From positions 20,045 to 84,044 of the forward strand of contig JBJHCF010000022.1 of NCBI GenBank assembly GCA_050506795.1: a stretch of DNA of 64,000 nucleotides, in the 5' to 3' direction. Both the position numbers and the translations under genes were made by a program. Shown piece after piece: positions 11,001 to 19,474 of the stretch (within the stretch, counting starts at the first letter, position 1; each line of letters opens with the position of its first letter). The notes under the pieces are model-generated. The model searched no databases and was not told where the DNA came from. It saw only the letters and a list, made by a program, of their open reading frames with translations. The stretch is from Opitutia bacterium. Lineage in GTDB: Bacteria > Verrucomicrobiota > Verrucomicrobiia > Opitutales > T3Sed10-336.

Positions 11001-11702
11001 ACGGATAATTACTTCGTCCTGCTTGGCGATACCCGTTCCGGGCTCGATTCAATTTACACCATGGAGGTGGAAGCCATACGGGAAGGCGAGGAGTGGATTC
11101 TGAGCGCGACGCTGACAGACGCCGACGGTTTTTCCGAAACGGTCACTGCCTCCCACGGTCCGGCGTTGAGTGGGGGAGATGTTTTTGGGGTTATCGTTCA
11201 GCATCTGGATCGAGCCGATACTTCAGAGACTCCTGTGACGCCGATCTGGGACACCTTTTCTCTAACGATGGACTTTGTCGTCCCTCCGGTACTGAGTGGC
11301 TTCGATGCCTGGGCGGCGGAGTATTTCCCGAACAACGTCAACGATCCCCAGGTTAGCGGTCCGGCGGCGATGCCGTCTGGAGACGGGGTCATGAACCTGA
11401 TCAAGTACGCTTTGGGTCTGCCCCCATTGGAACCGGTTTCGTCAGCAGACTTGCCCGGGGCCGGTCTGAACGAAGAGGGACAACTGGTATTCGTTTATTG
11501 GGAACGGACCGATATCAACGATGTGGTCTACATTCCGGAAGTATCTGAAGATCTGATGGAGTGGGATACCGGACCCGATCATTTGGTGGAGATTTTTAGG
11601 AATCCAGCCGGCGGGAACGTTGAGGAGGTCGGTGTGAGGCCGAATAACCTGGAAGGCGCGAACCGTGTATTTCTTCGGTTGCGCCTGGAGCAAAGTGATT
11701 AA
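8022..11702 (+). CDS. Large secreted multidomain protein: three 'RPWR' beta-sandwich-like repeats, two copies of a second domain, and the shared C-terminal domain; no catalytic domain recognised
   Basis: 1226-aa ORF with signal peptide; repeated GDFHI-GTAA-FGFD-PFLxEA-RPWR blocks; ends GDGVMNLIKYALG...RVFLRLRLEQSD. Confidence 0.85.
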   Translation: MFKNTKGSSIRVTRPGKFPAVIALSLVFSGVLFAEDAETIAFVEDGVLQNATVVGPGVEQHGDHILIQGTGTGLASNLALMEGDFHIKATLAFEVDGTAAGFVFGFHGNTGSFLGNPTGYFGFDSGSQNLFVEGGFMNAAQGTGPASEGAPASDFIEDGVPFLFEAIREDGILTVLIDEVEVYSQEIGNQAIGHLGIRPWRANMQVFGFSASGNLIGVTLPAKENFGEYSIFVENGTVSDVNLIGDGWEHIDNYIVAQGTGKFLQTTIRLLEGDFHIEAEVAMDALNGTAASFRFGNDDFGFDGGRQVFFQSGPLYGPGVGVGPAAAGFPAGAYIQGGQPFLLEAKRVGNTLTVMIDGVGIYQKEFGSDGIGTLAFRPWRSEMRIYNFRVAGNLEEPASLPIDDHFGQVRYISLLGGLTEGVGYQLGPVGTGTEPFLDDDISIVSMPSNLDGNLGFRTSNAQFYWGMEMPDNEPIVFVEDGEAMFMREVGPAWSQGDGFVFNQGTQRWLRTNALLREGDFHIKATMAINAINGTAATFQMGNAHFGFDSGGQNLFVEGGFFGGVVQLDPAADYIEGGVPFLFEAIREGNIIRFLIDEVQVYQRDIGANQVIGSVGFRPWRSEMRVYDFEVTGNFGWTNHLAFEIDRETSVYIANDPEYEADWLTDRFTKTEMTIETTGGDFDVWERVFDARDFVMLPGNGGDGHNYWVLLSKKPSAITESPINYVRTPGGDDWSLVRNGWRLTTDPESLLHSGRLLTGISNFVPEQGVRIRAEFRVPQLQHGGDNSYGLLVMGDSTLTPNQGIRAEWLPRQADGSSTFRLVNNANRTVLEGENSSVSWGGLAPTRTNDWVTGDDQIDLVWDSRASELASPYFLDDDSKVIVRLPDGLDPGFLLDAIKTENDLSNSSENFVQFTVESGEPGDGNEGVTVFVAWDIRNSGFEPDWLTEGFSKTDHLVQVTGGAQFHRLWAAEYPEGAVVTLPGASYGEGGPFLDGTDNYFVLLGDTRSGLDSIYTMEVEAIREGEEWILSATLTDADGFSETVTASHGPALSGGDVFGVIVQHLDRADTSETPVTPIWDTFSLTMDFVVPPVLSGFDAWAAEYFPNNVNDPQVSGPAAMPSGDGVMNLIKYALGLPPLEPVSSADLPGAGLNEEGQLVFVYWERTDINDVVYIPEVSEDLMEWDTGPDHLVEIFRNPAGGNVEEVGVRPNNLEGANRVFLRLRLEQSD

Positions 11703-11723
11703 GGTTTGAAAGTTAGGTGGATT

Positions 11724-11757
11724 GGAGTCCGCCCGGATTGAAAAACGGGCGGACTCC
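11724..11757. terminator. Perfect 12-bp stem-loop; attenuator or mRNA-stabilising hairpin (no U-tract)
   Basis: GGAGTCCGCCCG (11724-11735) pairs with CGGGCGGACTCC (11746-11757), just after the large gene. Confidence 0.55.
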
Positions 11758-11855
11758 GGCTTGCTGAAGGAGTGGATGTAAAAGTGCGGCGTTTTCCGTT
11801 GGCGGTTTGATGGGATTTCTTCCGCGATTTTAAGAGAACAACTGATTAACACAAC

Positions 11856-14219
11856 ATGGTTTTTGGAATAGGCACTCAAGTTATTGGAAATGCAATCGCT
11901 GGTTTAGGTCTGGCAGTCTTCGCCTTATGGGCCGGACATGACCTTTCAGGAAGGGAGAGTGTGGGAGCTTTGCCGCAGGAAGGGCCGCTCGCGCCCTTTA
12001 TGGGGGAAGCACGGTTTGACTCTGCCTTGATTATAGAAGGGGAGAGATTTCCCAACGTGGTAATTGGAACAGACGGGACCGTATTGGCAACCTGGGGAAC
12101 CACCAACGTTCTTGTTCGGCGTAGCGAAGACGGAGGGGAGAATTGGGGGCCTGAAATCCCCATTGGTCCTGGAATCCATGGTGGTGGCGTGGTGGTTGAT
12201 GAAAGCAGCGGTGATATCCAGGCTTTTGTCGAAGAGGGACATCCTCCCTCCCCGCTGACTGTCTACCGCAGCGTCGACCATGGCAAAACCTGGGCAGTTG
12301 ACGAAGTGACGATCCACCCGGACGAGAAAGGAAATGTGCCCTCGATGCACATGAACGAGCGGGGGATCACGCTTCGGCACGGGCCACATGCCGGACGTCT
12401 GTTGCGTCCGACACGATCCTACGCGGGAGGCAATGCCCAGGTACATTGGCCGGACCATTATACCAATGCAATTTTCAGTGATGATGGTGGAAAAACCTGG
12501 CATACCAGCGCTCCCTTTCCGGCAATGGGCACCGGAGAGGCGACGCTGGAGGAGTTGTCGGACGGACGGATCTACTACAACTCGCGAAGGCACCTTTCGA
12601 CTGACGGTCTGGACCCGCTGAGAAGGTATATCGCCTGGAGTGAAGACGGAGGCGAGACCTGGAAAGACCTTTCGGTGAGCGAGGAGTTGCCCGACGGGCC
12701 CCAGAACACGACCTATGGATTAATGGCCGGATTGGTGCGGTTGCCGGTCGAAGGTCATGATATTCTTTTGTTTAGCAATGTAGATTCGGCGAGTGGACGC
12801 CGCAATGGTCACGTATGGCTAAGCCTTGATGGCGGGCTGACATGGCCGTTAAAGCGACGGGTTGAGGAAGGTGGGTTCGCCTACTCATCAATGGCCGCCG
12901 GACGTCCGGGAACACCGAGTGAGGGTTGGATCTATGTTTTCTACGAAACCGGAGGGCATCCGCATTCGGGGGGGAAGGTCGCGCGGTTCAACCTGACGTG
13001 GGTATTGGAAGGAGCTTTGGAATCGGCTTCGCAGAGGATAGGTGAAGCGGAGCTTTTGCTGAAAAACGCCTTAGTCGGGGATAAGCCCGGTGAATACCCT
13101 GCAGAAGCAGTGCATGAACTGAGCCAAGCGAAACTGGCTTTGGAAGGACAGCTCGATGGCCTCTCTCTGGAGGATCTCTTCGAGCATACAGGAATCCTTG
13201 AGGAACTGAAAGCGAGCCAGAAGGAACTGGAGGATGCGATTAGACAATTCAGGCTTTCGAGAGTTAGGTCCGAGGGGACGTTGATTTTCATCGAACAAGG
13301 AGTCGCCCTGGCGATGGAGGAGATCGGCGCGCCCTGGCAACAGGGCGAGGGTTACCTCTTTCAGCAGGGGACAGGCAACGCGCTTGTTACCCTGACCGGT
13401 CTGTTGGATGGGGATTTTCATATCGAAGTTCTGCTTTCTCTCGATGCCGTCGCCGCAACCGCCGCGAGCTTCGTGTTTAACGTCGGCCCACCGGCAAGCT
13501 TTTCCGGGAGCCATTTTGGTTTCGACTCGGGTTCAAGGACATTATTTGTGGAAGGGGGATTTTTCGGACCAACCCGGCTACTCGAACATGCGGCCGCTGA
13601 TTTTATCGACGACGGAGAACCCTTTTTGTTTGAGGCTATTCGGGAAGGGGAGACGTTGCGCATCTATATCGACGGAGTGGAAGTGTATCAGCACGACATC
13701 GGTTCCGGGCCGATTGAATCCCTTGGCCTAAGGCCTTGGAGGTCGGAGATGCGGGTTTATGAATTTCGGGTTTTTGGAAACCTGGAGACCGTTTTGCTAC
13801 CTGAATTGGGCAGCTATGACTCGTGGTTTTACCACCATTTCAATTACGAGCAACGGGCCGATCCCTTGGTCAGTACCCCTTCCGCGGCCCCCGCCGGTGA
13901 CGGTGTCCCCAACCTTTTAAAATATGCCCTGGATATCGATCCCTTTCTTCCTGCTCCGGCTGGAAGAATGCCGGGAATTAATCTGGAGGCAGACGGGGTG
14001 CCGACTTTTGTTTATGAGGAACGAACGGACATAAGCGATGTGGAATACATTGCGGAAGTCTCACGAGACCTCGTCGACTGGCGGTATGACGTGGAAAGTA
14101 TCTTCGAAGTTTCGCGAGATGCGGTCGGCCATCATCTTGAACGCGTCGGCATGCGTACGGATCTTTCAGGTGATAGCGAACGTGCGTTCTTCCGTTTGAG
14201 AATAGAACAGACAAATTGA
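11856..14219 (+). CDS. Sialidase-like protein (GH33/BNR propeller) + FIVAR-like helical linker + RPWR repeat + shared C-terminal domain
   Basis: RFP motif, five Asp-boxes (SEDGGENW, SVDHGKTW, SDDGGKTW, SEDGGETW, SLDGGLTW), ELSDGRIYYNSR, FAYSS; GDKPGEYPAEAV helical module; start codon uncertain. Confidence 0.85.
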   Translation: MVFGIGTQVIGNAIAGLGLAVFALWAGHDLSGRESVGALPQEGPLAPFMGEARFDSALIIEGERFPNVVIGTDGTVLATWGTTNVLVRRSEDGGENWGPEIPIGPGIHGGGVVVDESSGDIQAFVEEGHPPSPLTVYRSVDHGKTWAVDEVTIHPDEKGNVPSMHMNERGITLRHGPHAGRLLRPTRSYAGGNAQVHWPDHYTNAIFSDDGGKTWHTSAPFPAMGTGEATLEELSDGRIYYNSRRHLSTDGLDPLRRYIAWSEDGGETWKDLSVSEELPDGPQNTTYGLMAGLVRLPVEGHDILLFSNVDSASGRRNGHVWLSLDGGLTWPLKRRVEEGGFAYSSMAAGRPGTPSEGWIYVFYETGGHPHSGGKVARFNLTWVLEGALESASQRIGEAELLLKNALVGDKPGEYPAEAVHELSQAKLALEGQLDGLSLEDLFEHTGILEELKASQKELEDAIRQFRLSRVRSEGTLIFIEQGVALAMEEIGAPWQQGEGYLFQQGTGNALVTLTGLLDGDFHIEVLLSLDAVAATAASFVFNVGPPASFSGSHFGFDSGSRTLFVEGGFFGPTRLLEHAAADFIDDGEPFLFEAIREGETLRIYIDGVEVYQHDIGSGPIESLGLRPWRSEMRVYEFRVFGNLETVLLPELGSYDSWFYHHFNYEQRADPLVSTPSAAPAGDGVPNLLKYALDIDPFLPAPAGRMPGINLEADGVPTFVYEERTDISDVEYIAEVSRDLVDWRYDVESIFEVSRDAVGHHLERVGMRTDLSGDSERAFFRLRIEQTN

Positions 14220-14254
14220 TCCGGGCTACGGATCTAAAAAAATCACCCACAATT

Positions 14255-15484
14255 ATGCATAGACTAATATCATTTCTTGCGGTTGGTGCCATGGCGGCGA
14301 CCGGGTTCGGCACCGGTTGCACCACCGCCAATCCTGGACATTATCAGGACGCGGATCGCGCTGAAGGCCAGTTGCAGCCTTTCCTGGGCGCACCATATCT
14401 CGAAGTACAGGAACTTTTTATAGGAGAGCGGTTTCCAAACGTGGTGGTTGCGATGGACGGAAGTGTCATCGCCACCTGGGGCGCGCAGAATTACCGGGTG
14501 CGGCGGAGTGAGGACGGCGGTCAAAGCTGGGGTTATGAAATTGCCATCGGTAGCGGTATGCACGGAGGGGGTGTTGTGGTCGATGAGAGAAGCGGCGACA
14601 TTCTGGTATTTGTGGAACAGGGACATCCTCCGGCCCCATTGACTGTTTACAGGAGCCATGATCACGGCCTGACCTGGCAGGCGGAAGATGTCACAATTCT
14701 TCCGGACGGGAAAGGGAATGTCCCATCCATGCACATGAATGAGCGCGGGATCACGTTGCGGCGTGGAGAGTACGCTGGTCGCCTGATCCGTCCCTCGCGT
14801 TCATACGCCAGTGGAAATGCCCGTGAATTTTGGTCTGAACATTATACAAACGCAATCTACAGTGACGACGGCGGCAGGACTTGGCATACCAGTCAGCCTT
14901 TTCCGTTCTACGGTACCGGTGAAGCGGCAATAGAAGAGCTGTCTGATGGGAGGCTTTATTACAATTCCAGGCGGCACCTCTCGACCGACGGCCTTGACCC
15001 CCGACGGCGGTATGAAGCCTGGAGCGATGACGGTGGGGAGACCTGGGAAGACGGTGGAATTATCCAGGTATTGCCGGATGGTCCGCAGAGTTTGGATTAT
15101 GGCTTAATGGCGGGATTAGTTCGATTGCCGGTGACGGGACGGGATATCCTGGTTTTCAGCAATGTGGATTCGCCCGGCAAACCGGATGGTGATGATAGTA
15201 ATTGGAGCGAGCGTCGTCGCGGCACACTTTGGGTAAGTTTCGATGGTGGCGCGACCTGGCCGGTGAAACGTTTGTTGAATGAGGGTCCTTTCGCATATTC
15301 ATCGTTGACCGCCGGACGCCCCGGGACACCGAGCGAGGGATGGATTTATCTGCAGTTCGAGGGAGGTCCGCGCGGCGCTCATTCGGACGGTAATCTCGCG
15401 CGTTTCAACCTTTCATGGCTGCTGGAAGGCGAACCGACCGGCGACGGACACGTACCGGATTGGGCGCGCGGGCATGATTATTGA
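14255..15484 (+). CDS. Sialidase-like protein (GH33/BNR), catalytic domain only; paralog of the upstream gene; possible lipoprotein
   Basis: Same RFP, Asp-box, GNVPSMHMNERGITLR and FAYSS motifs; signal peptide ends GTGC (atypical lipobox). Confidence 0.85.
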   Translation: MHRLISFLAVGAMAATGFGTGCTTANPGHYQDADRAEGQLQPFLGAPYLEVQELFIGERFPNVVVAMDGSVIATWGAQNYRVRRSEDGGQSWGYEIAIGSGMHGGGVVVDERSGDILVFVEQGHPPAPLTVYRSHDHGLTWQAEDVTILPDGKGNVPSMHMNERGITLRRGEYAGRLIRPSRSYASGNAREFWSEHYTNAIYSDDGGRTWHTSQPFPFYGTGEAAIEELSDGRLYYNSRRHLSTDGLDPRRRYEAWSDDGGETWEDGGIIQVLPDGPQSLDYGLMAGLVRLPVTGRDILVFSNVDSPGKPDGDDSNWSERRRGTLWVSFDGGATWPVKRLLNEGPFAYSSLTAGRPGTPSEGWIYLQFEGGPRGAHSDGNLARFNLSWLLEGEPTGDGHVPDWARGHDY

Positions 15485-15508
15485 GAGAGCCGAAGAAGGA
15501 GGGGCATA

Positions 15509-15649
15509 GAATTTGGAATTTGGATTTGCGACTTTGGATTTTCCATTGGCTCGCTCCGCGGGCACCAGTCTCGCCTTCCTTCGGGAAGAGGGGCCACTTA
15601 TTTTGCGCGAAGCGCAGAACTTAAATCTAAAATCCAAAATCTAAAATTC
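15509..15649. repeat. Intergenic structured element: inverted heptamer arrays (ATTTTGG-like / CCAAAAT-like) enclosing internal hairpins
   Basis: gaatttggaatttggatttgcgactttggatttt (15509-15542) vs aaatctaaaatccaaaatctaaaattc (15623-15649); CTTCC-TTCG-GGAAG and TGCGC-GAA-GCGCA hairpins inside. Confidence 0.7.
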
Positions 15650-15672
15650 CGACTGTCGGTATTAGGGGAAAT

Positions 15673-16938
15673 ATGAACGTAAACGAAAACATACAGCGAC
15701 TCAAAGGATGCCAATGGCTTGAGATTCAGTCGGCGCGCCTTTTGGGGGGGTGGCTCCCGGGAATTCCGAAATGGGAAATCAAGGGTATGATCGCGCTCCA
15801 CCTTTGGCAGGATGCACAACGGAGCCAGCAAATCAGGACCCGTTTATGGGAATTGCGGACGCCGTTTCCCGATCGGAAACTTCCGGGCAACCCGGCGGCG
15901 ATCATCGCCGCCCTGTCCCGGGCACAGCATGATTACGAGTTTCTTGCCGGATTGTATCTCGGATTGAAACGAACCCTGATCTCTGAGTACAAGGATTTGC
16001 TGGCACAGACCAACGGTGTCTGTGATGCTCCGACCCTGCCGCTCCTGACCCTTGCCATATCCGGTTTGGAAAACCAAGTGCAATGGGCTCAACCAGTCAT
16101 TGCCGAGTTGGCCGACACCGGGGAGAGGCAGCGACAAGTTGCCCGGTGGAGGACCTACATCGAGAATGTCCTCGATCGACAGGGCTTCTTTGAAACGATC
16201 GAAAATTCCCCCGCCGCGGGCGGCTCCATTGTCGAACCACCGCCCGGTTATTCAGATTCTCCGCTCCCCTTCGCCAACGCAAAAAGAGATAGCCGTTTCC
16301 GTCTCTGCCTCGAAGGGCCGGCTCCACCCACCGGTGACGATTCCCTGGGCAGGACGCTTTTTCAATTCGCGAATTATGCCCACGAGATGCAAGCGGCCGA
16401 GACCTTGGGTAGCGTTCTTTGGGAGGCGGACGAGATGGACTGGGAATTCTATTTCGACGTGGCCCGCCACTGCTATGACGAAGCCCGCCATTCCCAACTC
16501 GGAGAAACACGGTTGCGGGAATTGGGTCATCATATCAGCGACTTTCCTCACACAGTGGCAAACTACGCATGGAGACAGCTCATCGATCCGATGCGGCGAT
16601 ACTGCGTACTCACCTACGTAATTGAAGCCGATAGCTTCGAATATAAGCACAAGACTTACAATCGCTATCTTGAAATCGGGGATACCCTATCCGCGGAATC
16701 TGTTCTTTTCGACATCATCGATGAGACAATGCATGTTCGATGGGGCAAGAAATGGACCCCGAAACTTATCGAACGCTACGGGTACGACAAGCCGCTGGAA
16801 GATCTTATCAGGGAATGCCGGACGCTTTTAGTGGAGAACACGGTGAGTCCCTTGCAAAGGGATTCCGCACAACAAGCCGCGTGTAGAGTCCAGGCATCAA
16901 GCGCACCGGAGGGTACTGAGACTTACGCAGGAAGGTAG
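15673..16938 (+). CDS. Ferritin-like (DUF455-like) putative diiron protein, two-domain
   Basis: HEMQAAE, FYFDVARHCYDEARH, VIE, DIIDETMHVRWG give an E/ExxH/E/ExxH pattern; the N-terminal half looks like a degenerate copy. Confidence 0.75.
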   Translation: MNVNENIQRLKGCQWLEIQSARLLGGWLPGIPKWEIKGMIALHLWQDAQRSQQIRTRLWELRTPFPDRKLPGNPAAIIAALSRAQHDYEFLAGLYLGLKRTLISEYKDLLAQTNGVCDAPTLPLLTLAISGLENQVQWAQPVIAELADTGERQRQVARWRTYIENVLDRQGFFETIENSPAAGGSIVEPPPGYSDSPLPFANAKRDSRFRLCLEGPAPPTGDDSLGRTLFQFANYAHEMQAAETLGSVLWEADEMDWEFYFDVARHCYDEARHSQLGETRLRELGHHISDFPHTVANYAWRQLIDPMRRYCVLTYVIEADSFEYKHKTYNRYLEIGDTLSAESVLFDIIDETMHVRWGKKWTPKLIERYGYDKPLEDLIRECRTLLVENTVSPLQRDSAQQAACRVQASSAPEGTETYAGR

Positions 16939-17171
16939 TTTGCGAACGCCGGCCAGGAAAAGGGAGAATGTTGAAAGGCGAAAATAGGCTGAACCCTTTT
17001 GGAGGACGGCGCTCCGTCGTTGCCGGGTGTTGCATTGCTCGGTGCCATCGGCCATCAGTTTTATGGCGGGTATAATCATGAGACGATAGAGTAGGTTCGG
17101 GCGTCCAGCCTGGTTCAGTTCAGCAATCTATTTGTGAAATCATTGGATTGAGCGGCTTCCGCCGCGGAGAT

Positions 17172-18554
17172 ATGAAAAACAAAAACCATAGAATTAACCG
17201 CCGTCGTTTTATCGGGAAAATAGCCGCTGCCGGTGCCGCCGGTCTTGCATTTCCTTTTGTTGCTCCCACAAGTTGGGCCGGAAACAAGGGCCCGGCGTTA
17301 CGGGTAGCTATGATCGGGGTCGGGGGGATTGGAGACCTGCACGCGGCTTATATGGAGCGTTTGGGCGCGGTATGCTCGTGTTACGCGGAGGTGGACACGC
17401 GACGGGTAGGGAACGCGACAAGCCGCTGGCCGAAGGCACACGGTTTCCAGGATTACCGTCGGATGTTCGATGAGAAACACAGAGAGTTCGATGCGGTAAT
17501 GGTGGCTACTCCGGATCATCATCATTTTCCCGCTTCCATGTTGGCGTTGATCCATGACAAGCATTGTTTCACTCAAAAACCGCTGACCCACAGCATTGGT
17601 GAAGCCCGTCTGCTCCGGGAGGCGTCGGCGATCAAGAAGGTTGCCACCCAAATGGGGAACCAGGGCCATGCCAACCTCGGAAACCGCCTGACCTATAGCT
17701 GGGTCAAAAGCGGCATGATCGGGGAGTTGAAGGAAGTCCATTGCTGGACGAACCGGCCGGTTTGGACGCAGGGACTGGCAACGCCGAAAGGTGAAGCGAA
17801 TGTTCCCTCCGAATTGGATTGGGATGTCTTCATCGGACCTGCGCCATTTCGACCTTTCAATCACGAGCCTTCTAACGCATTTGGAGGGGTTTATCACCCG
17901 TTCAACTGGCGCGGGTGGTGGGACTTTGGTGGAGGCGCACTTGGTGACATGGCCTGTCACACCATGGATGGTTTTTACTGGTCGGTGCACCCGCGCCAAC
18001 CGACAGCCTTCGAGATGGTGAAAACCAGTGGGTTCAACGGGACCAGTTTTCCGAACCAATCAATCATCAAGCTAATCTTTGACGCCCGGGACGGAAAGCC
18101 GGAGTTGCCTGTCTATTGGTATTCAGGCGGCGCCAAGCCGGAACGTCCGGCTGAGTTGGAAGAGGAGTATGATCTGCCGGATTCGGGCGCCTTGCTGGTC
18201 GGTTCCACGGCAACGATTCTCTCCATCGGTGCCCTCGGTGAAAGCCCTCGTATTATACCGCGAACAAAATTCCTGGAAATTGGTCGTCCTGAGTTGTTGC
18301 TGGACCCCTCACCCGGTCACGCCGAGGAATGGTTTATGGCGTGCCGTGGGGAGAAGCCGCTGGATTTCCCGAAATCGAATTTTGACTACGCCGGACCTTT
18401 CACCGAAATGACGAATCTCGGCGTGCTTGCGCATCAGTTGAACGAGGGCGAAAGGGCTCATTGGGACACGGAGAAACTTCGGGTCACCGATCGGACGGAT
18501 CTCAATAAGTTCGTGAACAAGTCGTACCGGGAAGGCTGGCATTTTAAGATTTGA
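17172..18554 (+). CDS. Gfo/Idh/MocA family oxidoreductase with Tat signal
   Basis: NRRRFI Tat motif; IGVGGIG, ATPDHHH, QKPLTHSIGEAR, TQMGNQGH, WRGWWDFGGGALGDMACH. Confidence 0.93.
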   Translation: MKNKNHRINRRRFIGKIAAAGAAGLAFPFVAPTSWAGNKGPALRVAMIGVGGIGDLHAAYMERLGAVCSCYAEVDTRRVGNATSRWPKAHGFQDYRRMFDEKHREFDAVMVATPDHHHFPASMLALIHDKHCFTQKPLTHSIGEARLLREASAIKKVATQMGNQGHANLGNRLTYSWVKSGMIGELKEVHCWTNRPVWTQGLATPKGEANVPSELDWDVFIGPAPFRPFNHEPSNAFGGVYHPFNWRGWWDFGGGALGDMACHTMDGFYWSVHPRQPTAFEMVKTSGFNGTSFPNQSIIKLIFDARDGKPELPVYWYSGGAKPERPAELEEEYDLPDSGALLVGSTATILSIGALGESPRIIPRTKFLEIGRPELLLDPSPGHAEEWFMACRGEKPLDFPKSNFDYAGPFTEMTNLGVLAHQLNEGERAHWDTEKLRVTDRTDLNKFVNKSYREGWHFKI

Positions 18555-18604
18555 AGAGACCCTGGTTTCCATCATTTTAAGCAACGTGCAATCAGCTATT
18601 CGAT

Positions 18605-19474
18605 TTAGGCTTTAGCAGAATAGAACGGCAAATGCTGATGATGGGCGGTGACGCGGTGGGGCTGGTCCTGTAGCCGTTCGGCCAGCGTTTCAGTGAGAAA
18701 TACCGAGCGATGTTTGCCGCCTGTGCAACCAATCCCAATCGAAAGGTAGCTCTTTCCCTCCTCGGCATATTCGGGGATCAAGAACCGCAAATACTCGGTT
18801 GTCTTATCGATAAAGGTCGCGGTGCGCGAATCACTGAGAATATAGTCCTGAATGGGCTTATCGAGTCCGGTAAGATCACGCAGTTCAGAGACAAAATGCG
18901 GGTTATGCAAAAAGCGAACATCGAACAATAAGTCACAGTTAGGTGGAATGCCGTATTTAAACCCAAATGAGGTGATTTGAATCTGCATTCCCGCTGAACT
19001 GGTTCCGAAAAACTGATCGTTGATGCGTTGTTTAAGGTCATGAACCGTCATATTCGACGAATCAATGATCGTCGTGGCGAGGTCTTTGAGATCACTTAAA
19101 AGCCGGCGTTCGCGGACAATGCCGTCGGCCACGCTTTGAGTTGAAAGCGGATGTTTGCGACGTGTCTCCGAAAAGCGCCGGGTCAGGACATCGTCGCTGG
19201 CTTCTATATACAAAATCTCGGCGTTTGGGAAATCGCGTAGCACTTGCCGAAACGCGTCCGGGTAGTGTTTAACGAAAGCCCTGTCCCGCAAATCCATCAC
19301 TATCGCAATTTTTTGAATATCGGAAGGACCGGCCAAAAAGAGCTGGGTTAGTTTTTCGAGCAATTGAATCGGCAAATTATCAATGGCATAGAATCCCATA
19401 TCTTCGAGGGCGTTCAAGGCCGTGGATTTGCCTGACCCGGATAGCCCGGATACGATGACAAACTGATTGATCAT
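18605..19474 (-). CDS. rapZ: RNase adapter / P-loop NTPase RapZ (YhbJ/YvcJ family)
   Basis: VSGLSGSGKST, DNLP, RRFSETRRKHPL, SFGFKYG, FDVRFL, GCTGGKHRSV; start trimmed to ATG 19474. Confidence 0.95.
   Translation of the reverse strand: MINQFVIVSGLSGSGKSTALNALEDMGFYAIDNLPIQLLEKLTQLFLAGPSDIQKIAIVMDLRDRAFVKHYPDAFRQVLRDFPNAEILYIEASDDVLTRRFSETRRKHPLSTQSVADGIVRERRLLSDLKDLATTIIDSSNMTVHDLKQRINDQFFGTSSAGMQIQITSFGFKYGIPPNCDLLFDVRFLHNPHFVSELRDLTGLDKPIQDYILSDSRTATFIDKTTEYLRFLIPEYAEEGKSYLSIGIGCTGGKHRSVFLTETLAERLQDQPHRVTAHHQHLPFYSAKA

Noticed and set aside
11856..15484. Diversity-generating retroelement or phase-variation cassette behind the duplicated segments
   Set aside because: Copies differ at all base types and look like ordinary paralogs; no reverse transcriptase or recombinase is present.
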